From Chrysemys picta bellii (lineage: Eukaryota), in contig NC_088810.1 of NCBI RefSeq assembly GCF_011386835.1, positions 11,966,001 through 12,030,000 of the forward strand: a DNA stretch of 64,000 nucleotides. Direction: 5' to 3'. The position numbers were made by a program, and so were the translations under genes. Below, piece by piece: positions 25,319 through 35,100 of this stretch. Position 1 is the first letter of the stretch, and each line of letters opens with the position of its first letter. Below the pieces are notes generated by a model, which was not told the DNA's origin, ran no database searches, and saw only the letters and a program-made list of their open reading frames with translations.

Positions 25319-26569
25319 GGTGACCTAGGGCCGGGAACCCTGCAGAGAGAGAGACACCGGGGGTCAGAGAACGTGCTACGGGGACACAGCCATGGAGAGC
25401 AGGATGGGGTCTGGTGGGTTACAGACAGGGGGCATTGGGAGTCAGAACTCCTGGGTTCTATCCTGGCTCAGAAGGGGGATGGGGTGGAGGGAAATAGAAC
25501 CCAGGAGTCCTGACCCTTTCCATGCTGAATCAGGTTGCCAGATTTTTCAACAACCACCACCACCAGCTCTATTGGCCCTCAGGAGTCCAAAATAAGTCAC
25601 CAACCAGCTTGTAAAGAGAACTGGAGCGCTCAGTGCAACAGGAACCCAAAACAGCAGCAACGAAGGGACCGACTGCCCAACGCAATCCGGTGCAGAGCTT
25701 TTGCTTGGCCTGTTTTTCTAGCCGTAGGGCAAAGCCACACAGAGAGAAACCAGGGTCATTTCCCTGCTCTTTGTAGCTAAGCTCGCTGATATAATGGGCT
25801 GAAATGGGCCAAGTGCATAGCACAACAAACCAAGTTCTCCAGCTGCACTCACAGCTCCAGCTGACAGACCGAAGGGGAAACGTGCTAGCCCGAAAGCCCC
25901 CCTAGGGCAGAGGGAGAAATGGAGCAGCACTTCACAGACGCTTTTCCGCCTCAGGACGCTGCACAAAACCTGCACCATCTTCACGTCTGCAGCCAGCCAA
26001 ACTGACAGCCTCTAGAAAGGGGACAATCCAGAATTTCAGGGCTTTTGTCTCCCTGTTGTTGGCTGCAGTAGCTTTTTCCGTTCTGGGTCCATTTCCTTGG
26101 GGATGGTGGGCTGGAAACCGCGAGCCATCAATCTACCAAACGTAGTGGCAAAATCAGAACCAGCCAAGTTTGCAGCGGGGGACAGCACCTGCTCGATTTC
26201 CAGACCACTCTGCTTTGACAAAGCCAAATGCCAGCTAGAGGCAGTAATGCCCAGGTGCTACTGGCCAGTTTCTGGGCCACTCGGGGACAAGATAGTACCT
26301 GGGGCAGGCCATGCTGGGAAACAGTTGGATTCTGAACTTCAAGCACAGTTCCATTGGGTGCTCTGGGGGCAGTGAGAGGCAGTCAGAAGCCCTGCCCTTC
26401 CCAGCCCACACGCAGCCCCCCCACTACCCTGCCAACCTACTGCCACAGGCCTGCATCCCCCACCCAATGCAGACCAGGCCCAGCCCACCACGCGCACACA
26501 ACCCCGTACACACCAGTGCAGACCAGGCAAGAGCCCAGTACCATACACCCCCCCACACTGCACCTACCC

Positions 26570-27200
26570 CACTCTCCTACGGGCCAGGCCCAGCCCCGGT
26601 ATCACCACCACACACCCCATACTCTTCTCCACAGGTATCTTCACCCCCCCACCATATACCTCTCAACCCTACCCCCACGTATCCCACAGACCCACCCCAT
26701 CCTCTACATTCCTTCCATTTCCACAGCCCCAACTCTCCCCCCGCATAGTTCTACCCCAACCTACCCACCCCACATTCCCCATCAACCCCCACGCTTCCCC
26801 CCACACACCCCTCCGAGCTACCCCACACATATCTCACCTCCCCACCCCCACTCTGCCCCCCACATAGCTCCACCCTGATCTCCAGCCCCACCCACCCCAC
26901 TTTCCCCACCCCCGAACTCTCCCTCCATAGGACCCCCCCCATCTCCAACCCCACCCACCCCACGTTCCCCATACACCCCTTACACTTCCCTCCACCCCTC
27001 CAAGCTACCCCACACATCTCCACCCCCTCCTACCGGCAACACTCCCACATTCCATACACCTCCGCACCCCCTACACCCCCCGAACTCCCCCCCATAGCTC
27101 CAACCCCACCCATCCCACGTTCCCCATACGCCCCCTACGCCCGGCCGCTTCCCCCCACATAGCTCTACCCTCCTCCTAGCTACACCGTCACCACATCCCA
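26570..27200. repeat. C-rich CCCACCCCAC/CCCACACAT low-complexity repeat
   Basis: Imperfect short tandem units in the LIN37 5'UTR intron. Confidence 0.6.
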
Positions 27201-27214
27201 TACACCTCTCTCAC

Positions 27215-27490
27215 CTCCCTCCAGCCGACACCAGCAGCAGCTACTCGGAACCGCCCGAGCGCGACCAGGGGCCCAGCCGTCTGCAACCCTCCCATTGGTC
27301 AGTATCGCCGCCAATCAGCGCCCAAGTCCCAATTGCCGCCCGGCCTCTCTGGCAAGGCACCCTGGGTGCTGTAGTCCGCGTCGTGTCTGCGGACCGGCGT
27401 GTTGCCTTCTGGGAAGGGTAGCGCTAGAGCGCCGGGCAGTCATTTTGAACAGGTCGAACTGGACGCGGAGCACCACGGGAGCTGTAGTTA
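27215..27490 (-). promoter_or_regulatory. LIN37 CpG-island promoter and probable non-coding exon 1 (donor GAG|GTGAGA at 27214; splices to acceptor at 25340-25341)
   Basis: CpG-rich. CCAAT boxes at 27294-27298 (minus), 27311-27315 and 27329-27333. Reversed ACTACA..CCC motifs at 27364-27377 and 27477-27488. The ATG-containing exon is preceded by a polypyrimidine tract plus AG acceptor. Confidence 0.65.
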
Positions 27491-27547
27491 AAGGGCGCTA
27501 TGAGTCATAGGAGATGTAAAAAGAACAGGAGTACTTGTGGCTTCTTA

Positions 27548-29515
27548 GCCCTAGTCTACACTAAGAATTTAGGTCGAATTTAGCAGCATTAGATCGATTT
27601 AACCCTGCACCCGTCCACACGACAAAGCCATTTTTGTCGACTTAAAGGGCTCTTAAAATCGATTTCGGTACTCCTCCCCGACTAGGGGATTAGCGCTGAA
27701 ATCGACCATGCTGGGTCGAATTTGGGGTAGTGTGGATGCAATTTGATAGTATTGGCCTCCGGGAGCTATCCCAGAGTGCTCCATTGTGACCACTCTGGAC
27801 GGCACTTTCAACTCCGATGCCTGCCAGGTCGTCAGGAAAAGCCCACGAACTTTTGAATTTCATTTCCTGTTTGGCCAGCACAGGTGATCAGCGAGGTGAT
27901 CAGCACAGGTGACCAAGCAGAGCTCATCAGCACAGGTGACCATGCAGTCCCAGAATCGCAAAAGAGCTCCAGCATGGACCGAACGGGAGGTATTGGATCT
28001 GATCTCTGTATGGGGAGATGAATCCGTGCTATCCGAACTCTGTTCCAAAAGACGAAATTTGAAAAAAATCTCCAAGGGCATGAAGGACAGAGGTTATAAC
28101 AGGGACCCGCAGTAGTGCCACGTGAAGCCTACCAAAGAACAAGAGAGGCAAATAGCCACTCCGGGTCAGAGCCCCAGACATGCTGCTTCTATGGTGAGCT
28201 GCATGCCATTCTAGGGGGTGCCCCTACAACTACCCCACCCCTGTGCTTCCCTCCTCCCCCACCCCTCCCGGGCTACCTTGGCAGTTATCCCCCCATTTGT
28301 GTGATGAATTAATAAAGAATGCATGAATTTGAAACAACAATGACTTTATTGCCTCTGCAAGCGGAGATCAAAGGGGGGGAGGGGAGGGGAGGGCGGTTGG
28401 CTTACAGGGAAGTAGAGTGAACCAAGGGGGCGGGTTTTCATCAAGGAGAAACAAACAGAACTTTCACACCATAGCCTGGCCTGTCATGTCATGAAACTGG
28501 TTTTCAAAGCTTCTCTGATGCACAGCGCGCCCTGCTGCGCTCTTCTAACCGCCCTGGTGTCTGGCTGCGTGTAATCAGCGGCCAGGCGATTTGCCTCAAC
28601 CTTCCACCCCGCCATAAACATCTCCCCCTTACTCTCACAGATATTGTGGAGCACACAGCAAGCAGTAATAACGATGGGAATATTGGTTTCGCTGAGGTCT
28701 AACCAAGTGAGTAAACTGTGCCAGCGAGCTTTCAAAAGTCCAAAGGCACATTCTACCAGCATTATGCACTTACTCAGCATATAGTTGAACTGCTCCTTAC
28801 TACTGTCCAGGCTTCATGAGCCATGGGAGCAGGTTGGGGTAGGTGCGACCGCGCGGTGCTGCCAACTGGGAGAGCAGCCTGAGGCAGAAGCCTCCAGCTG
28901 GCATGATATTCCAGGCAGGACTAAATCTCCATTAGACGAAACTTAAAGAAGAGAATGACCTGGAGTCATTCCCGTTTTTGTCCAGGCGCTCCCGACCGAT
29001 CTCACCAAGGCCGGCCAGGAGCACCCATATCTGCCCAGGTGCCCCTGACCAACCTAACCAAGGTCGGCCAGGAGCACCCACGGGACAATGATGAGGGTTA
29101 GCAGTCATATTGTACCGTCTGCTGTCCGCAGTGAGCTGAGCAGGCGCCATGCTTGCCGTGGTATGTCGTCTGCACGGGTAACCCAGGAAAAGAGACGAGA
29201 AATGATTTTTTGCTGTTGCTTTCATGGAGAGAGGGGGGCCTGATGACATGTACCCAGAACCCCCCGCGACAATGTTTTTGCCCCATAGGCATTGGGAGCT
29301 CAACCCAGAATTCCAATGGGCAGCGGAGGCTGCAGGAACTGTGGGATAGCTACCACAGTGCAACGCTCCGAAAGTCGACGCTAGCCTTGGTACTGTGGAC
29401 GCACACCGCCGACTTAATGCACTTAGTGGGGACACACACAATCAACTGTATCAAATTGATTTCTAAAAAATCGACTTCTATTAAATTGACCTAATTTCGT
29501 AGTGTAGACATACCC
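27548..29515. mobile_element. PIF/Harbinger DNA transposon, internally deleted (Myb/SANT-like ORF on +, DDE transposase remnant on -)
   Basis: Related inverted termini (GCCCTAGTCTACACTA... / ...TAGTGTAGACATACCC) and TTA target-site duplications at 27545-27547 and 29516-29518. Plus-strand remnant RKRAPAWTEREVLDLISVWG..RGYNRDPQ. Minus-strand remnant NIPIVITACCVLHNICE. Stops and frameshifts present. Confidence 0.9.
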
Positions 29516-29539
29516 TTACAGACTAACAAATTTATTTGA

Positions 29540-29579
29540 GCATAAGCTTTCGTGGGCTACAGCCCACTTCATCAGATGC
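29540..29579 (-). ncRNA. Minimal type I hammerhead ribozyme motif in the Penelope pseudo-LTR (core intact)
   Basis: Minus strand reads GCAU-CUGAUGA-A-GUGGGC-UGUA-GCCCAC-GAAA-GCUU-AUGC: stem I 4 bp, perfect 6-bp stem II, conserved core, palindromic AAGCUU in place of stem III. Confidence 0.7.
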
Positions 29580-30779
29580 ATAGAATGGAACATATAGTAA
29601 GAAGATATATATACACATACAGAGAACATGAAAATGGAAGTTGCCATACCAACTCTAAGAGGCTAATTAATTAAGATGAGCTATTATCAGCGGGAGAAAA
29701 AAAACTTTTGTAGTGATAATCAAGATGGCCCATTTCAGACAGTTGACAAAAAGGTGTGAGGATACTTACCATGGGGAAATAGATTCAATTTGCGTAATGA
29801 CCCAGCCACTTCCAGTCTCTATTCAAGCCAAAGTTAATGGTATCTAGTTTGCATATTAATTCAAGTTCAGCAGTTTCTCATTGGAGACCGTTTTTGAAGC
29901 TTTTCTGTTGCAAAATTGCCACCTTTAAGTCTGTTACTGAGTGACTAGAGAGGTTGAAGTGTTCTCCTACTGGTTTTTGAATGTTATGATTCCTGACATC
30001 AGATTTGTGTCCATTTATTCTTTTGCGTAGAGACTGTCCGGTTTGGCCAGTATACATGGCAGAGGGGCATTGGTGGCACATGATGGCATATATCACGTTG
30101 GTAGATGTGCAGGTGAACGAGCCCCTGATGGCATGGCTGATGTGATTAGGTCCTATGATGGTGTCACTTGAATAGATATGTGGACAGAGTGGGCTTTGTT
30201 GCAAGGATAGGTTCCTGGGTTAGTGTTTTTGGTGTGTGGTTGCTGGTGAGTATTTGCGGTTGGGGGGCTGTCTGTAAGCGAGGACTGGTCTGTCTCCCAA
30301 GATCTGTGAGAGTGAGGGATCATCTTTTGGGATAGGTTGTAGATCTTTGATGATGCGCTGGAGAGGTTTTAGATGGGAGCTGAAGGTGACAGCTAGTGGC
30401 GTTCTGTTATTTTCTTTGTTGGGCCTGTACTGTAGTAGGTGACTTCTGAGTACTCTTCTGGCTCTGTCAATCTGTTTTTTCACTTCAGTAGGTGGGTCTT
30501 GTAGTTTTAAGAATGCTTGATAGAGATCTTGTAGGTGCTTGTCTCTGTCTGAGGGATTGGAGCAAATGCAGTTTTATCTTAGAGCTTGGCTGTAGACAAT
30601 GGATCATGTGGCGTGTCCTGGATGGAAGCTGGAGGCATGTAGGTAAGTATAGCAGATGGAGACAAACACCTACAAGATCTCTATGGGCCATCTTGATTAT
30701 CACTACAAAAGTCTCCCCCCTCCCCCCCCGCTGATAATAGCTCATCTTACTTAATTAGCCACTTAGAGTTGGTAGGGCA

Positions 30780-31442
30780 TAGGGTTACCATACGTCCTCT
30801 TTTTCACGGACATGTCCGGCTTTTCGGCACTCAAACCCCCGTCCGGGGGGAATTGCCAAAAAGCCAAACATGTCTGGGAAAATGGCGGCTCTGCTCCTCC
30901 CCTGACTCTTCGGCTCTGTTTAAGAGCCGAGCTGCCCGAGCGCTACCGGCTTCGGGCAGCCCCCATGCCTCCGGACCCTGCGCCCCCGGCCGGGCACTTC
31001 CCCTCCCGGGCTCCGGCGGCACAGGGTCCGGAGGCATGGGGGCTGCCCGAAGCCGGTAGCGCTGGGGCAGCTCGGCTCTTAAACAGAGCCGAAGAGTCAG
31101 GGAGGAGCAGAGCCGCCATTTTCCCGGGTCCGGAGGCATGGGGCCCAAGCGCTACCGGCTTCACGGTTTGCTGGTCAGCCTCCAGACCCTGCGCCCCCGG
31201 CTGGGCGCTTCCCCTCCCGGGCTCCAGCTGCGCTGGGGAAGCGCCGGCCGGGGGCGCAGGGTCTGGGGGCTGCCTGGCAAACCGTGAAGCCCGTAGCGCT
31301 CGGGCAGCCCTTTCCGCGTGGCTGGGAGTGGGAGGGAGGAGGGGGCGGAGTTAGGGCGGGGCTGGGGGTGGGGTGGGGAAATGGGCGGGGCCAAGGCCCG
31401 TGGAGCGTCCTCTTTTTTTATTTGTTAGACATGGTAACCCTA
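30780..31442. mobile_element. hAT-type non-autonomous DNA transposon (MITE)
   Basis: 11-bp TIR TAGGGTTACCA/TGGTAACCCTA and a perfect 8-bp TSD GTAGGGCA (30772-30779, 31443-31450). Confidence 0.88.
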
Positions 31443-31639
31443 GTAGGGCAACTTCCACCTTTTCATGTTCTCTGTATGTATATATATCTCCTCACTACAT
31501 GTTCCATTCTATGCATCCGATGAAGTGGGCTGTAGCTGACGAAAGCTTTTGCTCAAATAAATTTTTGTTAGCCTCTAAGGTGCCACAAGTACTCCTGTTC
31601 TTTTTGCGGATACAGACTAACTTGGCTGCTACTCTGAAA

Positions 31640-32143
31640 CATGGGATATGTAGTCATGGGCTGCACAGACACGCCTGGCGGCCATTTTTATCGAGTGGCC
31701 GGTGGCGCGCTGTACTGACCCATTGGAGTTGTAGTCAGTGGCCACAGTTGTAGTCAAACCATTTCCCCAATGCAACAGCGATCATAGTGACCTCGTAGGC
31801 GCGGGGTACCATGGGAGCATAGTCAAGTGGCGCTGTGCCTCATGGGAAGTGTAGTCAGGACTCGCCCACACACGCCTGGGCGGCCATTTTGAGCGGCGGG
31901 GGGGGGGAGGAGATCCCGGACAGCGTGGTGCATTATGGGACACACGCCCAGTCACCCCCTCCCCTGCCGGCTTTACCCGACATGCCTGGCGGACGTTGCT
32001 AGGTGACGGCTTGGGCGGCAAGTTCGGTTGGGGGAGGGTCGTGGGTCCTGGGGGTTGCTGGGACAGAGGGGGGAGCCCGGACGCCTGGGTTCCCAATACC
32101 CCCGCGGGCCCGCACCTCAGGGACCGGGAAGGATGGAGTCCAG
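31640..32143 (+). promoter_or_regulatory. PROSER3 CpG-island promoter and 5' exons
   Basis: About 5 reversed ACTACA..TCCC motifs (31640-31856), two YY1-type GCGGCCATTTT sites (about 31678 and 31880), and donors at 32003 and 32144. Confidence 0.7.
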
Positions 32144-35100
32144 GTACGGTCCCCGCGAGATCGGGCCCCGCCCCCGGGTCCTCCCGCGGCCTCTCCCGCC
32201 TCCCCAACCTCCGCCCCATGTCCCCTGGGGCGCCCTGCAGAGCTGCCTGCATCCCAGTGTGCTCAGGCCATGGGGGGGCGATGATGTCTGGTCCCGGGGT
32301 GTGTGGGGAATGGGGGGACGATGGTGTCTGGTCCCGGGGACTGGGAGGGCGATGCTGTCTGGTCCTGGGGTGTGGAGGGAATGGGGGGGAACTGGAGGGG
32401 TGATGCTGTCTGGTCCCAGGGGTGGGGTTGACGGGGGGCTGCCCTGCTAATTCCCCTTTTGCCTGCAGCACGGCTCTGTTCTCCGTCCAGGGGAGCCCCT
32501 TCGCCATGAGGAGCCCAGCCCGGAGCCACTACCACCCCTCACCTGCCCGCCTGCCCGGCCCACAGCACCAGTGCATGGTCCGGTGGGGGAGGGCGTGGGA
32601 AGGTGTTGGGGGGCTGGATGGGGGAGCGGGGTCATGCTGTGTTGTGGAGTTTGGGGGAAAGCTGGGTTGGGGTGGGGGCTGCAGGGAGGCATTGCGGGTG
32701 CTGGGAAAGGCTGTGTTTGGGGGGTTGGGGGAAGCTGGGTTGGGCTGTGGGGGGTGCTGCAGAGGGGAGCTGCGTCACATTCGGGGTCTGCAGGGGGGAG
32801 CTGGGTGAGGCAGGGGCGGCTATGGGGAAACTGGTTTGGGCTGTGGGGGCCCCATCGTGAGAGAGATGGGGGTGCAGTTTCTGCCCAGGCTGGCCTGCAT
32901 CGCACCCCTGAGCTTTCTCCATTTCCCCCCAGACCCTGAGCCCGGCCCGCCTGCTGACCGGTGTCCCTGCCCTCGCCCCGCACCGATGGCGCCCCCCTGA
33001 GCCCACGGCCTCCAGCCCCCCAGACCTCAGCTTCCTGCAGGGCTCCAGCTGCCGGGGGACAGCTCTGGACTTGGACTCCACCAAACCCTTCCCCGAATCG
33101 TGGTCCTCAACCGAGCGCAGCTCCTCTAGCACCCCCCAGGAGGTGCCAGCCTTGAGGCAGTCCCTGGGCCCCCTAGCCTCAGCCCAGGATGGGGAGTCCA
33201 TCATTGCCAAGTGAGCTGCTCCCAGGGCAGTGGGGTCTGGTGGTTAGGGCAGGGGATGGGAGCCAGGACTCCTGGGTGTTATCCCAGCTCTGGGAGGGGA
33301 GTGGGGTCTAGTGGCTAGAGCAGGGGAGGGGGGGGATTGGGAGCCAGGACTCTTGGTTTTAGGCCTGGCTCCGGGCAGGGAGGGTGACCATTAATACCAT
33401 CTCCTTTCCCTGCAGGTACATAGAGCGTTTCCGCCACGGGCAGCCGAGGAGCCGCAACCAGCGCCAGGCGCCCCCCGTCCCCACAGCTAGGGAGTTCTGG
33501 TGGCTGGAGCCAGCACTTCCCTCTGACAGCTCCACCCCGAAAGGGGGGGCAAAGCCAGGTACCTGCCCTTGCTGGGCAGGGGTCCCCCCCTTCCCCTGCT
33601 TGAGGTCCCTGCAGGTGGGGAGCTGGTTGGTTCCTTGGCCCCTCCTTTAACTGGGCCATCTCCTTACAGACTGTGCCAAGCTGGAAGAGGCCAGGCCAGG
33701 ATGGGCACTTGTCAGCCCCCCGCTGCGCCCCATGGTCAGTATGTTGCTTGCAGGGAGGCAGAGCTGGGGGGCACCGGGCAGCTACATAGCTAGGGAGAGG
33801 GGCAGGCTGGCTCTGGGGTGCCCCTGGGACCCTGCCCAGCCCCTCTCTCTCCACTCTGGGGATCTCTCTGCCCCTGGGTCCCTGTCCAGCCCCTCTCTAT
33901 TCACTCTGGGGATCCTACTCCATCCCCAGGAGCCTGCCCAGGCCTTCTCTATCTGCTCTGGGGATTCCCCAACAAGACCCTGCCCAGCCCCTCTCTATCC
34001 ACTCTGGGGATCCCACCCCACGCCTGGGACTCTGCCCAGCCCCTCTCTGGGGCAGCAGGGAACCATGTCCCCTGGCCAGCTTTGTGGGGGACAGTCCCTG
34101 GTGCTACCAGCCCCCTGGGGCCTGATCGTGGGGCTCTTCCCTGCACTGCACGCTCACTCTCTTCCAGGGGGGCCCCTCAGACACCTCCCCACTGGAGTCG
34201 CCTGACCCCGACAGCCACAGCCTGCAGGAGAGAGCCACCCGGCTGCTGCTGAGAAGGTACTTTCCTGACACACACACCCCGCACTGGGTATCCCTCCCCC
34301 TCCCCCCGGCAGCCCCTTCCCTGCTGTGTACACATCTCCCCGCCCCGCAACACACACCCCGTGGTACCCACTGCTGGGTACCCCCCCCATACTGGGTATT
34401 CCCCCTCCAGCCCCTCCTGCACACTGGGGAGAGGCAGGATGCCTTCCAACGGACAAACCCTCTGTCCCCTCTAAGCTTGCCTGCTCTTCCTGCAGTGAGT
34501 CCTCCCTGAGCAGCACCATCCCTGTCAGCTCTGAGGGGCTGCGCTCCACACCTCCATCCAGCACCGTGGACTCAGACCAGGCGCTTCCCTGCCCCTCTCA
34601 CCTCTCCCTGCTGGAGCCCTCCCCAGGTAGGAACCGAGGTACTGGGCCTTTCCCCTCTTGGGGGCACCGGCTCCCATCTGGCCCCAGGGTGGGGACTAGC
34701 TGGCTCGAGGAGGAGAGAATGGAACACAGAGCCTTTCCCCTCCAGGGGGCACCGGCTCCCATCTGGGCCCAGAGCGGGTTATTCCCTGTCTCTTGTTCCT
34801 CCTGTGACACCCTTTATCTTCCCCCAGAGCCCCTGCCCCTTGCCTGCTGGCCTCCTGCCCATATCCCACAATGCTCCTCTTCCACTCGGCCGGAGGATGA
34901 CATCCTGTTCCAGTGGCGCCTGCGTCGGAAGATGGAACAGGCAAGCCAGGCCGGCAGATCGCTGCCCCTGCCGGGCTGGAGGACTAAGCTGGCCTGGGGC
35001 CCAAGGACGGTAGGAGCCCGGGGGTGATTGGGGGGGATGATTCTGGGAGACCTGCCTCTCCCAGCGGGGATCATAGGAGCACAGCCATCTGTGGGGCTGT

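Larger units (their letters stand above)
27516..31640 (-). mobile_element. Penelope-like retroelement (5'-truncated RT C-terminus plus GIY-YIG endonuclease) with inverted pseudo-LTR termini, interrupted by two DNA transposons
   Basis: Minus ORFs 29878-30204 (NVIYAIMCHQCPSAMYTGQTGQSLRKRINGHK, a GIY-YIG motif) and 30220-30483. The terminal sequence ..AAGAACAGGAGTACTTGTGG..GACTAACAAATTTATT.. is present on the left and inverted on the right. Confidence 0.88.

Noticed and set aside
27909-28780. Domesticated HARBI1 or MSANTD/ZSCAN29-like genes
   Set aside because: The ORFs are broken by stops, frameshifts and a large deletion, and are enclosed by TIRs and TTA TSDs. This is a decayed transposon.
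31513-31552. Second hammerhead copy as an active ribozyme
   Set aside because: The core reads CCGAUGA, and stems I and II have mismatches. The copy near 37598-37637 (CCAAAGA) is also degenerate.
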